From contig JBHIAV010000005.1 in the NCBI GenBank assembly GCA_046758745.1, forward strand, positions 32,001 to 96,000: a stretch of DNA of 64,000 nucleotides. The letters are read 5' to 3'. This document shows, one piece after another, positions 48,253-61,404 of this stretch (its first letter is position 1; the number at the start of each line of letters is the position of its first letter). The translations under genes and the position numbers were made by a program. The notes beneath the pieces are model-generated. The model saw only the letters and a list, made by a program, of their open reading frames with translations. It ran no database searches and was not told where the DNA came from. The stretch comes from Gemmatimonadota bacterium (GTDB lineage Bacteria > Gemmatimonadota > Gemmatimonadetes > Palauibacterales > Palauibacteraceae).

Positions 48253-48888
48253 CTACCCCCGCTCTGGATGACTCCCGGCGGCCGTGGCTTCCCGCTCGAC
48301 GTAGGGCCGGAGGAGTTTGTCGACGTACTTTCCGATCAGGTCCGCTTCGATATTCACCGTGTCTCCGCCGGTGAGGCGAGACAGCGCGGTGTGACTCCAT
48401 GTATACGGAATGATGGCCAGTTCCGCGACATCCCCGCGCAGGCCGTTGACGGTCAGGCTGACGCCATCCAGGGCCAGCGAGCCGAACGGGACCGTCAGCC
48501 GGGCGACCTCAGCCGGCAGCCGGACGCGGAGGAACGTGGTCTCCCCGGCCTTCTCCACCTCCAGCACGCGCCCGATCCCGTCCACGTGGCCCTGCATGAG
48601 GTGACCCCCGAAGCGCTCTCCCGTCGCGAGCGCGGGCTCGAGGTTCACCGACCGCCCCGGCCGCCACTCGCCGAGCGTGGTGCGCGAGAGCGTCGTGCGG
48701 ATCGACTCGAACTCGAATCCCTCCTCGTCCGCCCGGGTCACCGTGTGGCACACCCCATCCACGGCCACGCTCTGGCCGGCGGCGAGCGCCACCGCGAAGT
48801 CCGGCGCTCCCACGCGAAAGTGGAGCCCCCCTTCCAGCGAGACCCGCTCGAGGACGATTCCGACCGCCTGCACGATCCCGGTGAACAT
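48253..48888 (-). CDS. ribE: Riboflavin synthase alpha chain
   Basis: MFTGIV N-terminus, GVCHTV, VNLE, GGHLMQGHVDG. Confidence 0.95.
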   Translation of the reverse strand: MFTGIVQAVGIVLERVSLEGGLHFRVGAPDFAVALAAGQSVAVDGVCHTVTRADEEGFEFESIRTTLSRTTLGEWRPGRSVNLEPALATGERFGGHLMQGHVDGIGRVLEVEKAGETTFLRVRLPAEVARLTVPFGSLALDGVSLTVNGLRGDVAELAIIPYTWSHTALSRLTGGDTVNIEADLIGKYVDKLLRPYVEREATAAGSHPERG

Positions 48889-48902
48889 TCGCAACGTCCC
48901 CG

Positions 48903-50147
48903 CTAGGAGACCACTTCGGCCAACCGACGCAGGAGCTCCCGGTTCTCCAGACGCAGCAGGGTGTCCTCCCCGAGGGCGCGCCGCTCGCCGATCCGCCATT
49001 CCCTCGGAACCGACGCTGGCACGGCATCGAACGCGGCCAGCCCATCCGGCCCGAGGAAACGCGGAGCCGCGACGAGGTACAGTCGCTGAACGAGTCCGGC
49101 CGCCAGGAAGGCCGACCCGATCCGCGCACCTCCCTCCACCAGCAGGGAACGGATCCCCCGCGCTCGCATGGCGTGGAGGGCCGAGCCCAGATCCAGGCGG
49201 GGGGCGCCGCGCGTAGGCCCGCCGGCACCGGCCGCGCCCTTCCCGCCTCCGTCTCCCTCGGCCGGGACCGCCAGGACGCTTACCCCCCGCGCTTCGAGGT
49301 TCGAGCGTCTGGCCGCGTCCGCTCCCGGCCCGCCGACCACCCACGTCGGAACCTCCAAAGCCGTTAGGGCCAGCGCTGCGTCCGGGCTCAACCGAAGCTC
49401 CGGATCGAGCACGATGCGCACCGGCGGCACGCGCGGCTCCGGGAGTCCCCGCGCGGTGAGCCTCGGGTCGTCCGCCTCGGCCGTCCCGATCCCGACGAGC
49501 ACGGCGTCGAACCCGGCACGCCACCGGTGGACCGCCCTCCACGCCCTCTCTCCCGTCACGGGGGTCCGCGCGCCGGGTCGCGCCGCGATCCGGCCATCGA
49601 GCGAAAGGCCGAGCTTGAGGGCCACGAATGGCCGACCGGTCAGCTCGTGCCACAGGAACGGGGCGTTGAGAAGAGCGGCGCTTCGGCCCTTCACCCCGGT
49701 GGCGACCTCCACGCCGGCCCGCCGGAGCCTCGTCGCTCCCCCCGCCGCGTGCGCGTGAGGATCGCGGCATCCGATGGCCACCCGCCGCACCCGCGCGCCC
49801 AGGATCGCCTCCGTGCAGGGCGGCGTCTTCCCCTGGTGGGCGCACGGTTCCAACGTCACGTAGAGAGTAGCTCCCGCCGCCCGGTCGCCGGCTCTCCGGA
49901 GCGCCACGGCTTCGGCGTGCTCACGGCCCCACTCGCCGTGGAAGCCCTCGCCCACCACCTCACCGTCGTGCACCAGCACGGCACCCACGAGAGGGTTGGG
50001 CGCCACTCGTCCCCAACCGCGCTCGGCGAGCTCGAGCGCCCGGCGCATCCAGGCCGGGTCGACCCACCCCGGGAGGTCGCGCCCTCGGGAAAGCTCGGGG
50101 CCCGCGGGCCGCGCTCCGGAGGCCGAACCAACCTCGGGGGGCGTCAC
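48903..50147 (-). CDS. ribD: Riboflavin biosynthesis deaminase/reductase
   Basis: PNPLVGAV, HAE, TLEPCAHQGKTPPC, SLDGRIA, VEGG. Confidence 0.95.
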   Translation of the reverse strand: MTPPEVGSASGARPAGPELSRGRDLPGWVDPAWMRRALELAERGWGRVAPNPLVGAVLVHDGEVVGEGFHGEWGREHAEAVALRRAGDRAAGATLYVTLEPCAHQGKTPPCTEAILGARVRRVAIGCRDPHAHAAGGATRLRRAGVEVATGVKGRSAALLNAPFLWHELTGRPFVALKLGLSLDGRIAARPGARTPVTGERAWRAVHRWRAGFDAVLVGIGTAEADDPRLTARGLPEPRVPPVRIVLDPELRLSPDAALALTALEVPTWVVGGPGADAARRSNLEARGVSVLAVPAEGDGGGKGAAGAGGPTRGAPRLDLGSALHAMRARGIRSLLVEGGARIGSAFLAAGLVQRLYLVAAPRFLGPDGLAAFDAVPASVPREWRIGERRALGEDTLLRLENRELLRRLAEVVS

Positions 50148-51178
50148 GTGACGCCCCTCAGCCGCACGGCGCCACCTCCGTCCACCAGCTCTCCGCAGCG
50201 AAAGGCCTCACACCCGGATCGGCGGACGCTCTCGATGACGGGGGCCTCGTGCTCGGGCCGCACCACCGCGATCATCCCCACGCCCATGTTGAGGGTGCGG
50301 TACAGCTCCTCCGCCGTGGCCCCACTCTTGAGCGCGAGGAAGCGGAAGACCGGTCCCGGCTCCCACGCGGCAGGGTCCACGACGGCATCCAGGGAAGCCG
50401 GGAGGAGCCGGCCCAGGTTGCCTGGGATCCCCCCGCCCGTGACATGCGCCAGCCCACGCACCCAGCCGGCGGCACAGGCTTCTCGAAGCGGTTCCAGATA
50501 CGAGCGGTGCATCCGGAGGAGCACATCGGCGACCGACTCCCCCGTGCCAGGCCACTCCTCGGCGAGCGACATCCCGAGGCGCTCGAAGAGCAGGCCGCGC
50601 GCGAAGCTGTAGCCGTTGGTGTGGAGGCCGCTGGACGCGAGGCCGATCAGCCGGTCTCCGGCCGCCAGCTGCCGCCGCGCGACGATCGGATATGTCGTGC
50701 GGCCAACGATGAAGCCCGCGAGGTCGTATTCGCCTGGTCGATACACGCCCGGCATCTCCGCTGTCTCCCCTCCCAGGAGGGCGAGCCCGTTGCACCGGCA
50801 GCCACGCGCCACCCCCTCCACCACCGCCTCCGCCGTATCCGGCTCAAGCATCCCGAAGGCGAGATAGTCCAGGAAGAACAGCGGCACGGCCCCCTCGCAC
50901 AGGATGTCGTTCACGCAGTGATTCACCAGGTCCTCGCCCACCGTGTCGTGACGCCCGGCCCGGATGGCCACCAGGAGCTTGGTTCCCACGCCATCCGCGC
51001 TCGCCACGAGCTCGGCCTCACCGGAGATGCGAAACCGCCCGCCGAAGGAGCCGCACGCCACCTCCACGCCCCGCGTCCGCGTGGAATCCACCAGCCTCGC
51101 GAGACGCGCCTTGAGCGCATCGGCGGCCTCGAGGTCGACTCCGGCCTCCCGATAGCTGTACGGCCCCGCCCTCACCAT
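50144..51178 (-). CDS. purM: Phosphoribosylformylglycinamidine cyclo-ligase
   Basis: YREAGVD, DGVGTK, PLFFLDY, GGETAEMPG, SSGLHTNGYS, HVTGGG. Confidence 0.96.
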   Translation of the reverse strand: MVRAGPYSYREAGVDLEAADALKARLARLVDSTRTRGVEVACGSFGGRFRISGEAELVASADGVGTKLLVAIRAGRHDTVGEDLVNHCVNDILCEGAVPLFFLDYLAFGMLEPDTAEAVVEGVARGCRCNGLALLGGETAEMPGVYRPGEYDLAGFIVGRTTYPIVARRQLAAGDRLIGLASSGLHTNGYSFARGLLFERLGMSLAEEWPGTGESVADVLLRMHRSYLEPLREACAAGWVRGLAHVTGGGIPGNLGRLLPASLDAVVDPAAWEPGPVFRFLALKSGATAEELYRTLNMGVGMIAVVRPEHEAPVIESVRRSGCEAFRCGELVDGGGAVRLRGVT

Positions 51179-52098
51179 CCGACGGGCGCCGGGTACTCGA
51201 AGCGCGTCATCTCGCGGAACCGCTGCACGCGCTCGCCGACCTCTTCCCCCGTGAGGTCGATGAATCTCTCGGGGCCGAACGCCTCGCAGGCGAAGGAACC
51301 GAGCGCACACCCGTACACGATCGCCCGCTTCATCTCCTCGAAGTGCAGACTCCCCGCCCGCGCCACGTGACCCAGCAGGCCACCGGCGAAGGCATCGCCG
51401 GCGCCGGTGGGATCGAACACGTCCTCCAGCGGATAGCCCGGGGCGAAGAAGATCCCCTCACGAGAGAAGAGGATCGCGCCGTGCTCCCCCTTCTTGATCA
51501 CGACGTAGGTCGGGCCACGCTCGTGGATCCAGCGGGCCGCTTGGGCGAGGCTGTAGCTCCCGGACAGCTCGCGCGCCTCCGCGTCGTTGACCAGGAGCAT
51601 GTCGATGCGGCCGAGCAGCTCGATGAGCGCCTTGCGCTCCCCCTCGATCCAGTAGTTCATCGTGTCGCACGCCACAAACTCCGGACGCTGGACCTGCTCG
51701 AGCACCTCGAGCTGCAAGCCGGGATGGATGTTCCCGAGGAAGATCCACCTGGCGTCCCGGAAGCCGCGCGGGATGGTCGGCTGGAAGTCGGCGAACACTC
51801 CCAGCTCCGTGGACAGCGTCTCACGGCTGTTGAGGTCGTAACCGTACACAGCGCTCCACCGGAAGCTCCGACCGGAGCGGCACTCGAGGCCCGCCAGATC
51901 GACGCCCCGCTGCACCAGGAAGTCGAGGGCGTCGAGCGGGTAGTCCTCTCCCACCACCCCAACGAGACGGATCGGAGTGAAAAGGGACGCCGCCGCGCTG
52001 AAGAAGACGGCTGAGCCGCCCAGGGTATCGGTGACCCGACCGAACGGGGTCTCCACGGAATCGAGGGCGACGCTCCCGACCACCAGGATCCCGCTCAT
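51172..52098 (-). CDS. PfkB family carbohydrate/nucleoside kinase
   Basis: VVGSVALD, LGGSA, KKGEHG, DPTGAGDAFAGG. Confidence 0.9.
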   Translation of the reverse strand: MSGILVVGSVALDSVETPFGRVTDTLGGSAVFFSAAASLFTPIRLVGVVGEDYPLDALDFLVQRGVDLAGLECRSGRSFRWSAVYGYDLNSRETLSTELGVFADFQPTIPRGFRDARWIFLGNIHPGLQLEVLEQVQRPEFVACDTMNYWIEGERKALIELLGRIDMLLVNDAEARELSGSYSLAQAARWIHERGPTYVVIKKGEHGAILFSREGIFFAPGYPLEDVFDPTGAGDAFAGGLLGHVARAGSLHFEEMKRAIVYGCALGSFACEAFGPERFIDLTGEEVGERVQRFREMTRFEYPAPVGW

Positions 52099-53795
52099 CC
52101 TCGGTCTCCTTCCCGGATCATCCGCTGTGGAGCGCGGAGCCCGAGGAGCCTCAAGCCATTGCGCAGCGTGATCTGTACGGCTCGGGCGAGCGCCAGACGT
52201 GCCGGGCGCGTCGGGCCCTCGGCGAGCACCCTGCGAGCCGGATCCATGTTCCCTTCGTGGTACCAGGAGTTCACCGCGCCCGCGAGCTCCTCGAGATATC
52301 CGCACACCTGGTACGGAGCTCGCGCGTCGGCCGCCCCGCGTACTACCTCCGGGAAGCGGAGCAGGATCTTCGTCACTTCACGCTCGGATTCGCCGTCCAG
52401 GCGAGCCAGCACCTCTGGATCCGCCGTGACGGCGGCAGGCTCCACCCTTCCCTTGCCGAACACGCTGCACATCCGGGCGTGCGCGTATTGCACTTTGTAG
52501 ACGGGATTCGCCTCGGACGTGTCGAGCGCCAGGTCGAGGTCGAAGTTCAGTGGCGCCTCCGAGCGGCGCATGAGGAAGAAGTAGCGCGCCACGTCCCTGC
52601 CGGTCTCCTCGAACAGCTCCCGGAGCGGCACGAACTCCCCGGCGCGTTTGCTCATCCTCACCTCCTCGCCTCCGCGGAACACGGTGACGAGCTGGATGAG
52701 GACCACTTCGAGGAAGTCCGACGGCGCGCCGAGCGCCTGCAGCGCGGCCCGCATACGGGGGACGTGGCCGTGATGGTCGGCCCCCCACACGTCGATCGCC
52801 AGGTCATACCCCCGTTCCAGCTTGTCGAGGTGATACGCGATGTCCGTGAGGAAGTAGGTATGCGAGCCGTCGCTCTTCACCAGGACACGATCCTTCTCGT
52901 CGCCGAAGCGGCTCGTCCGCAGCCACACCGCGCCTCCGTCCCGGTACGCATGGTCGGCCGTTTGGAGTCGCTCGAGGAGCGCCGAGAGGCGACTCTGCCC
53001 GGCGAAGGCGCTCTCCTCGCTGAACCGGTCCATGCACACGCCGAACGCCTCAAGATCCTCCGCCTGCTCCTCCCGCAGGATCGCGCTGGCCCGTCTCGCG
53101 AACAAGCGGGTGCGCTTCTCCGCGGAGAGGGCATCGAGCTGCGACGCCCCCTCCTCCGCGGCGATGCGTCGCGCCAGCTCCGTCACGTACCCGCCGTGAT
53201 ACCCGCTCTCGGGGACCTCGGCACCTCCACCGCGCTCCTGCCGGTAGCGAGCCTCCACCGACTCCCCGAGCAAATCGATCTGGCGTCCGGCGTCGTTCAC
53301 GTAGAATTCGCGCGTCACCGTGCAGCCGGTCCACTCGAGCAGCGAGGCCACCGCGTCTCCGACCGCCGCCCCCCGACCATGCGCCACGTGGAGCGGACCC
53401 GTGGGGTTCGTGGACACAAACTCCACGTTGACCCTGCGCGAGTCGGAGTCGCTCCGACCCCACGCGCGGTCCGCGGCGAGGATCCCTCGCAGCCCCTCCC
53501 ACAGGAGAGAGTCGTCGAGGCGAAAGTTCAGGAAGCCGGGCCCCGCCACCTCGACGGCCGACAGGCCGGCCGCAGCGGGGTCGATGGTCCGGGCGATTCG
53601 GTGCGCCAGCTCCCGCGGCGGGAGCTTCAACCGACCTGCCAGCACGAGCGCCGCGTTCGAGGCCAGGTCGCCGTGGCGCGGGTCGGGCGGACGCTCGAGG
53701 GTGGGCTCGAAGTCGGGAGGCCCACCCGCCTCGCGGACCGCACGACGGAGCTCCGTCGCAAGGGCCGCGGCCGGGCCGGCGAGGGTCTCAATCAT
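52095..53795 (-). CDS. argS: Arginine--tRNA ligase
   Basis: HGDLASN, AGPGFLN, EFVSTNPTGPLHVAHGR, GADHHG, MSKRAG, YKVQYAHAR. Confidence 0.96.
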   Translation of the reverse strand: MIETLAGPAAALATELRRAVREAGGPPDFEPTLERPPDPRHGDLASNAALVLAGRLKLPPRELAHRIARTIDPAAAGLSAVEVAGPGFLNFRLDDSLLWEGLRGILAADRAWGRSDSDSRRVNVEFVSTNPTGPLHVAHGRGAAVGDAVASLLEWTGCTVTREFYVNDAGRQIDLLGESVEARYRQERGGGAEVPESGYHGGYVTELARRIAAEEGASQLDALSAEKRTRLFARRASAILREEQAEDLEAFGVCMDRFSEESAFAGQSRLSALLERLQTADHAYRDGGAVWLRTSRFGDEKDRVLVKSDGSHTYFLTDIAYHLDKLERGYDLAIDVWGADHHGHVPRMRAALQALGAPSDFLEVVLIQLVTVFRGGEEVRMSKRAGEFVPLRELFEETGRDVARYFFLMRRSEAPLNFDLDLALDTSEANPVYKVQYAHARMCSVFGKGRVEPAAVTADPEVLARLDGESEREVTKILLRFPEVVRGAADARAPYQVCGYLEELAGAVNSWYHEGNMDPARRVLAEGPTRPARLALARAVQITLRNGLRLLGLRAPQRMIREGDRG

Positions 53796-54102
53796 CGGCG
53801 GCGGCCGACCCTTTCTTCCTCGCCCCTTTCTCCGCTCCCTCTCCCGTCTCTCCCGTCGCCTTCTTCCCGCCTGCCGCCGAATCATCACCCTCGCGGCCGC
53901 TCTTCCCCGAGGGCGCAGGGCTCTTGTAGTCCGTCGCGTAGAACCCCGGCCCCTTGAAGACGAGGCCGCCCCCGGTCGAGATCAGCCGCTCCACCCGGCG
54001 CTTCCCGCATTCGGGACAGCTCCGGATCGGCGGCTCGCTGATCCGCTGAAAGCGCTCGAATGCGTGCCCGCATGATCTGCACCGGTATTCGTACGTCGGC
54101 AT
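53788..54102 (-). CDS. FmdB family zinc-ribbon protein
   Basis: MPTYEYRCRSCGH.FE...CPECG...FKGPGFYATDY. Confidence 0.9.
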   Translation of the reverse strand: MPTYEYRCRSCGHAFERFQRISEPPIRSCPECGKRRVERLISTGGGLVFKGPGFYATDYKSPAPSGKSGREGDDSAAGGKKATGETGEGAEKGARKKGSAAADD

Positions 54103-54220
54103 CCGCTTCCCCTGTTCGCTTCGTCGCTCGCCCGCCGGCCGCGCGAGACTTCCCGGACCGGGGGCAGTCGCAATCTGAGACGGGCGGCCGATGCCTTCAA
54201 CGCCGCGTCCCGTGCCGCCC

Positions 54221-55837
54221 TCACGCAGGGGAGTACTCGCCCCACCTCTCGCGCAACGTGCCGCTGATCTCCCCCAGAGTAGCCCGCGCCTCCACGGCCC
54301 GGATGATGGGCGGCAGGAGGTTCTCCGTCGAAGCGGCCGCTCGGTCCACATCCGCGAGCGCCTCCCGCACGACGGCCTCGTCCCGGCTCGCCTTCACGGC
54401 CGCGAGCCGCCGGGCCTGTTCGGCCGCCAGGGCCTCGAAGTCCGGTCGGGTGGTCTGGGGCTCCGGCTCCTGCTCGCGAAACGCGTTCACCCCGACCACG
54501 ACCTCCTCCCCATCCTCCAGGCGCCGCTGGTATCCGTACGCGGCCCGGTGGATCTCGTCCGCCATGAACGAGATGGCGGTGGAGGCCCCACCCAGCTCCC
54601 CCACTCGGTCTAGGTACTCGCGCGCTCCGGCCTCCAGGCCGGCGGTCAGATGCTCCACGTAATAGGAGCCGGCCAGTGGATCCACCGTGTCCGTCACCCC
54701 GGATTCGAACGCGAGGATCTGCTGCGTGCGCAGGGCGAGGCGGGCCGCCTCGGCCGTCGGGAGGGAGAGCGCTTCATCGTACCCGTTCGTGTGGAGCGAC
54801 TGCGTGCCGCCGAGCACCGCAGCCAGGGCCTGTACGGTCACACGCACGATGTTGTTTCGAGGCTGCTGGGCGGCCAGCGTCGACCCCGCCGTTTGGGTGT
54901 GGAAGCGCAGACGGCAGCTCGTGTCAGAAGCGCCGAAACGCTCGCGCATGAGCCGCGCCCACAGCCTGCGCGCGGCCCGGAACTTCGCCACCTCTTCGAA
55001 CAGATTGTTGTGCGCGGCGAAGAAGAAGCTGAGGCGCGGCGCGAACTCCTCCAACTCCAATCCCGCGTCTCTCGCGCGCTCGACGTACTCGAGGGCGTTC
55101 GCGAGCGTGAACGCCACCTCTTGGACCGCCGACGCGCCGGCCTCCCGCATGTGATAGCCGCTGATCGAGATGCTGTTCCAGCGAGGGAGTCGGGTGGCGC
55201 AAAAGGCGAAGATGTCGGTCACCAGACGAAGGCTCGGCTCCACCGGATAGATGAACGTGCCGCGAGCGATGAACTCCTTGAGGATGTCGTTCTGTACCGT
55301 GCCGCTAAGACGATCGCGCGGGATGCCCAGGCCATCGGCCACCGCGACGTACATGGCCAGCAGGATCGCCGCGGTGGAGTTGATAGTCATCGACGTCGAA
55401 ACGCGCTCCAGGGGCACGTCGCGCAGGAGGATGAGCATGTCGTCCAGCGTATCGATTGCCACGCCCACCCGCCCCACCTCCCCCTCGGCCCGGGGATCGT
55501 CCGAGTCGAGCCCCATCTGCGTCGGCAGATCGAACGCCACCGAGAGGCCGGTCTGTCCGAACTCCAGCAGGTAGTGGAAGCGCCGGTTCGTTTCCTCCGC
55601 CGTCCCGAACCCGGCGTACTGTCGCATCGTCCACACGCGCCCCCGGTACATGGTCGGGTAGACGCCCCGCGTGAAAGGATAGCGGCCCGGCAATCCGAGC
55701 TCGGCTTCGACGCCGGGGGGAAGATCCGCCGCCGTGTAGACGGGGGCGACTTCCATTCCGGAGGTGGTCACGGGAAGCCGATGGGCATCCGCGTCCGGAA
55801 GTCTGCCGCGGTTCGCCCCGGCTCCGGCGGCCGCCAC
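54221..55837 (-). CDS. Methylmalonyl-CoA mutase, catalytic (large) subunit without the B12-binding domain
   Basis: [46 protein letters not shown]. Confidence 0.93.
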   Translation of the reverse strand: MAAAGAGANRGRLPDADAHRLPVTTSGMEVAPVYTAADLPPGVEAELGLPGRYPFTRGVYPTMYRGRVWTMRQYAGFGTAEETNRRFHYLLEFGQTGLSVAFDLPTQMGLDSDDPRAEGEVGRVGVAIDTLDDMLILLRDVPLERVSTSMTINSTAAILLAMYVAVADGLGIPRDRLSGTVQNDILKEFIARGTFIYPVEPSLRLVTDIFAFCATRLPRWNSISISGYHMREAGASAVQEVAFTLANALEYVERARDAGLELEEFAPRLSFFFAAHNNLFEEVAKFRAARRLWARLMRERFGASDTSCRLRFHTQTAGSTLAAQQPRNNIVRVTVQALAAVLGGTQSLHTNGYDEALSLPTAEAARLALRTQQILAFESGVTDTVDPLAGSYYVEHLTAGLEAGAREYLDRVGELGGASTAISFMADEIHRAAYGYQRRLEDGEEVVVGVNAFREQEPEPQTTRPDFEALAAEQARRLAAVKASRDEAVVREALADVDRAAASTENLLPPIIRAVEARATLGEISGTLRERWGEYSPA

Positions 55838-56331
55838 TATTTGAACCTCACCAGCACGTCGTCCCGATCGACCGCCTGGCCCTCCCGCACTTCCACCGCG
55901 GCGATCGTTCCGTTCCCCACGGATTTCAGCTCGTTCTCCATCTTCATCGCCTCCATCACGACGAGCGGGGTACCTGCCTCGACGCGTTGTCCGGGCTTCA
56001 CCTCCACGCGGACGATGAGGCCGGGCATGGGGGCGCGGAGGGCGCCGGCCGACTTCGAAGCGCCCGGGTCGCTCGCCAGCTCGCGTATCGCACGGGTGCG
56101 CTCGTCCTCAACCCGCACCCGGTAGCTCCGCCCCTCGACATCGATCAGCCATCCGTCGGCTGTGCGACGCGCCAGGACCCTGAAGCCACGGTCGCCCAGC
56201 CGCAGGTGTCGAACCGCGGTGCCCGGAAGGGCGGCGATCTCCGCCGGGACGAGGCGGCCTTCCATCTCCAGCCCAGCCTCGGTGAGCCACACTTCGTGCA
56301 CGGCTTCGCCGATCGTTGCCACGTACTTCAT
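55837..56331 (-). CDS. Biotin carboxyl carrier protein
   Basis: [13 protein letters not shown]. Confidence 0.93.
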   Translation of the reverse strand: MKYVATIGEAVHEVWLTEAGLEMEGRLVPAEIAALPGTAVRHLRLGDRGFRVLARRTADGWLIDVEGRSYRVRVEDERTRAIRELASDPGASKSAGALRAPMPGLIVRVEVKPGQRVEAGTPLVVMEAMKMENELKSVGNGTIAAVEVREGQAVDRDDVLVRFK

Positions 56332-56368
56332 GTGCCCCTTCCCGCGCGGTCGTGCCGCGCGGTCCCGC

Positions 56369-57874
<1,506 letters not shown>

Positions 57875-57935
57875 CGCCAGCGCCCTCGAGTGGAGCGGGC
57901 CTCCCACCCACGGCGGCGCGCCGCGGCGGGATCCG

Positions 57936-59486
57936 CTACAGTGGGATGTTGCCGTGCTTGCGGGGCGGGTTCCGGTCGCGCTTGTTTTCCAGCATGTGGA
58001 GTCCGGAAATCAGGCGCGCTCGAGTCTCGCGCGGGTCGACCACGTCATCGATGTAGCCACGGGCCGCCGCCAGATAGGGGTTGGCGAACTTGGCTCGGAA
58101 CTCCTCCTCCAGCTCGGCGGTTCGCGCCGGCCGGTCCACCGCCGCCTCGATCTCCCGGCGATACAGGATCTCCACCGCCCCCTTCGGTCCCATCACCGCG
58201 ATCTCCGCCGTGGGCCAGGCGAGGTTGAGATCCCCCCGGATGTGCTTTGATGACATGACGTCGTACGCCCCACCGTACGCCTTGCGCGTGATCACCGTCA
58301 GCTTCGGCACGGTGGCCTCACAGTACGCGTACAGCAGCTTCGCCCCGTGCTTGATGATACCGCCGTGCTCCTGGCCGATACCGGGCAGGAAGCCCGGCAC
58401 GTCCTCGAATGTGACGAGGGGAATATTGAACGCATCGCAGAAGCGTACGAAGCGGGCTCCCTTCAGGCTCGCAGCGATGTCGAGCACGCCGGCGAGGACC
58501 GCCGGCTGGTTGGCTACCACGCCGACGGATCCGCCCCCCAGCGACGCGAAACCGACGATCAGGTTCTGCGCGTAATCCCGGTGTACCTCCAGGAACTCGC
58601 CGTCATCCACAACACGTCGGATGACCTCGTACATGTCGTAAGGGCGATTGGGCTCGTCCGGAACGATCTCCAGGAGCTCCTCGTCGGCGCGATCGAAGGG
58701 GTCCGCGGTCGCCAGGGTCGGGGCAGCCTGCATGTTGTTGGAGGGAAGGTAGCGCAGGAGCGCCCGAATTCCCTGCAACGCCTCGACCTCGGAGCGGCAT
58801 GCGAAGTGCGCCACGCCGGAGGTGGAAGCATGCGTCCCCGCGCCTCCCAGCTCTTCGAAGCTCACCTCCTCATGCGTGACCGTCCTCACGACGTTCGGCC
58901 CCGTAACGAACATGTGGCTGATGCCGTGCACCATGAAGATGAAGTCGGTTATCGCCGGCGAGTACACCGCACCTCCGGCGCACGGGCCCAGTATGGCACT
59001 GATCTGCGGCACGACGCCGGACGCGAGCGTGTTTCGGAGGAAGATCTCCGCGTATCCTCCGAGCGAAGCTACCCCTTCCTGGATACGAGCCCCTCCCGAG
59101 TCGTTCAGGCCGATGAGCGGCACTCCGTTGCGAAGCGCCAGGTCCAGCAGTTTACAGATCTTCTCGGCGTGCGCCTCCGAGAGCGAGCCGCCGAACACGG
59201 TGAAGTCCTGGCTGAACACATTGACGGGCCGCCCTTCCACCCTGCCGTAGCCGGTGACGACGCCGTCTCCCGGGATCTTCTCCTCCGCAAGACCGAAGTC
59301 CGAGCAGCGATGCTCGACGAAGCGGTCCAGCTCCACGAACGATCCCGGATCGAGCAGGATCTCGATGCGCTCGCGGGCGCTCAGCTTTCCTCGGGCGTGT
59401 TGACGCTCCAGCCGCTCGGTGCCACCGGCCTCCTCGCTTCTCCTCCGGCGCTCTTCGAGATCCCGAAGCTTCTCCCATGTGCTCAC
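57936..59486 (-). CDS. pccB: Propionyl-CoA carboxylase carboxyltransferase subunit
   Basis: [47 protein letters not shown]. Confidence 0.92.
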   Translation of the reverse strand: MSTWEKLRDLEERRRRSEEAGGTERLERQHARGKLSARERIEILLDPGSFVELDRFVEHRCSDFGLAEEKIPGDGVVTGYGRVEGRPVNVFSQDFTVFGGSLSEAHAEKICKLLDLALRNGVPLIGLNDSGGARIQEGVASLGGYAEIFLRNTLASGVVPQISAILGPCAGGAVYSPAITDFIFMVHGISHMFVTGPNVVRTVTHEEVSFEELGGAGTHASTSGVAHFACRSEVEALQGIRALLRYLPSNNMQAAPTLATADPFDRADEELLEIVPDEPNRPYDMYEVIRRVVDDGEFLEVHRDYAQNLIVGFASLGGGSVGVVANQPAVLAGVLDIAASLKGARFVRFCDAFNIPLVTFEDVPGFLPGIGQEHGGIIKHGAKLLYAYCEATVPKLTVITRKAYGGAYDVMSSKHIRGDLNLAWPTAEIAVMGPKGAVEILYRREIEAAVDRPARTAELEEEFRAKFANPYLAAARGYIDDVVDPRETRARLISGLHMLENKRDRNPPRKHGNIPL

Positions 59487-59513
59487 GCCGGAATCTCCCG
59501 AGCAGTCATGGCT

Positions 59514-61400
59514 TCATGGGGACCCCTCTCCCCGCTCCCGTCGCGTCGCCCGCTCGCGTTCCTCCATCTCCTGCAGCAGCTCCCGCCTCGCCTCTTCCTG
59601 TCTGCGTGCCTCCTCCGCCCAGGCGAGGATGTCGGCCGGCTCTGCGGGGTCGAGGCGACGGCTCCGGAGGATTCGCATCAGCGTCCGTCGTCCCACGGTC
59701 GAGGTGGTCGGGTCGGGAGAGAGTTCCCCCGTGGCCCCGGCGAGCGGGCCGCGGCGGGAGGCGGCGCGGGCCACCGAGCCGGGCGGGACCGGACCTTCCG
59801 CCGGCACGCCTTCCAAGATGAGTCGCGTCGCGTCATAGCCCAGAGCAGGAAACATGTTGTCTGGCAAAGGCTTTCTATACGTCACCTCATACAGATTCTG
59901 GAAGCTCGACCACGCTGTCTCCAGGCTCACGCGGTCGACGTAGGTGGCCGCGATCCGGTAGTCCGCGAAGCTCGGGTCGAGTCGGCGCACCACCGCCGGG
60001 TCCGCCCAGCTCGGTCCCCCGGCCAGGATCGTCGCCCGAAGACCGTAGAACGAGAGCTGAGGTCCCAGCTGGAGGACGGTGCGCGGACCATCCGCCGCCA
60101 CGAACACGGCCTCCGGTTCTCTCTCCGCCAGGGCCGTGATCGGGCCCTCGAAGGTCGTGGAATCGGGATCGTACGCCACGGCTGCCAGAACGCCTCCCCC
60201 GGCCGCTTCCACTCCGGCCTGAAAGGCTCGGTATTTCCCGTCTCCGCCGGGGCTGGCCGGGTACAGAACTCCCAGCTTGCGGAGGCCGAGCTCCCCGGCG
60301 ATCCAGCGGCCCAGGTCCGCGGCCACCTCCGTCTCCCGACGGCTCCGTTCCCACAGTGTGTAGGCGTGGGGAAGCGGCATCCCGACGTCCGTCGCGGTGG
60401 GGCTGACGATGAGGAGCCCCTTGTACTCGCGTGCCCCGGCGGCGAGGGCAAGCCCCTCCGAGCGCACGGGACCCAGAATCCCGGCCACGCCCTCGGCCTC
60501 CAGGGCACGGAGCAGCTGCGCGGCCACATCGACACGGGAGTTGTCATCCAGCGTGGTCAGCTCGGCCCTTCGCCGGCCCGGCGTGCGGTTGTGCTCGGCG
60601 AGGGCCAGCTCGGCCCCCTCGAGAAGGAGAACGCCGACTGCGGCGAAGCGGCCCGAGAGCGGGAGGATCGCCCCGACGTGAACCGTGGATCGGTCGGCCG
60701 AGACCCTGCCCGCGGCCACCGAGCGAGCTGTCCGCAGCTCCTCGGGATCCGGTGCCGCTGCAAGGGCGGCGCTCGCTACACGTGCGGCCGAGTCGGCCAG
60801 ACCAGCCAGCGCCAGGGCTCGCGCGAACTCGGCCTGCACGATGGCCAGCATCGCCGGTGACGAAGAGCCGCCTTGAGCGAGCGATTCGAGCTCGGCCAGG
60901 GAGAGGCGCGCGGCCGCTCGCCGCATCAGCTCCCGACGTCTTCCGTCCTCCGCCTCCGGGTTCTCCAGCAAGATACGGATAGCCTCCGGCTCCTCGGCGA
61001 CGGCGACTTTGGCCGCCGCGAGCCGCCGGGCGCCTTCCCGGCGGAGCTTCCCCTCGTCTCCGATCCCGAGTAGGTCCTCGAACCTCGCCGGCCCGCTCGA
61101 CGGGCGGGCCACCGCTTCCCACAGCCGTGCCGAGAGCCATAGTGCCTGCGCCGCGGCGGGACCCGGCTCCTCCCGAAAAGTCAGGTACAGGGAATCCGCC
61201 AGCTCCGCGGCGAGGCGCGTGTATCCCGACTCGTATGCGGACCTCAGCGGGGCGATGTCCGCCGCCGCGATCGCCAACCCGGCGGCGGGTGGTGTCGTGC
61301 CCGGGGACTCGACGCCTGGAGCAACCTCCCGGGTTCCCGCGCATGCTGCCGCGAGGATGGCCAGCCCGGTGATCTCCCACGCGGCGACTCTCCCCGACAG
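59514..61400 (-). CDS. LppC/LpoA-like lipoprotein (TPR-like helices plus periplasmic-binding-protein fold)
   Basis: VGAILPLSG, ALGYDA, GATG motifs. An in-frame lipobox LAAAC lies upstream of the track's start at 61277; the 61400 (CTG) start is tentative. Confidence 0.7.
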   Translation of the reverse strand: MSGRVAAWEITGLAILAAACAGTREVAPGVESPGTTPPAAGLAIAAADIAPLRSAYESGYTRLAAELADSLYLTFREEPGPAAAQALWLSARLWEAVARPSSGPARFEDLLGIGDEGKLRREGARRLAAAKVAVAEEPEAIRILLENPEAEDGRRRELMRRAAARLSLAELESLAQGGSSSPAMLAIVQAEFARALALAGLADSAARVASAALAAAPDPEELRTARSVAAGRVSADRSTVHVGAILPLSGRFAAVGVLLLEGAELALAEHNRTPGRRRAELTTLDDNSRVDVAAQLLRALEAEGVAGILGPVRSEGLALAAGAREYKGLLIVSPTATDVGMPLPHAYTLWERSRRETEVAADLGRWIAGELGLRKLGVLYPASPGGDGKYRAFQAGVEAAGGGVLAAVAYDPDSTTFEGPITALAEREPEAVFVAADGPRTVLQLGPQLSFYGLRATILAGGPSWADPAVVRRLDPSFADYRIAATYVDRVSLETAWSSFQNLYEVTYRKPLPDNMFPALGYDATRLILEGVPAEGPVPPGSVARAASRRGPLAGATGELSPDPTTSTVGRRTLMRILRSRRLDPAEPADILAWAEEARRQEEARRELLQEMEERERATRRERGEGSP

Positions 61401-61404
61401 CCGA

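Noticed and set aside
48889-50200. FMN riboswitch for the rib operon
   Set aside because: ribD overlaps purM directly, so there is no leader space and no RFN motif.
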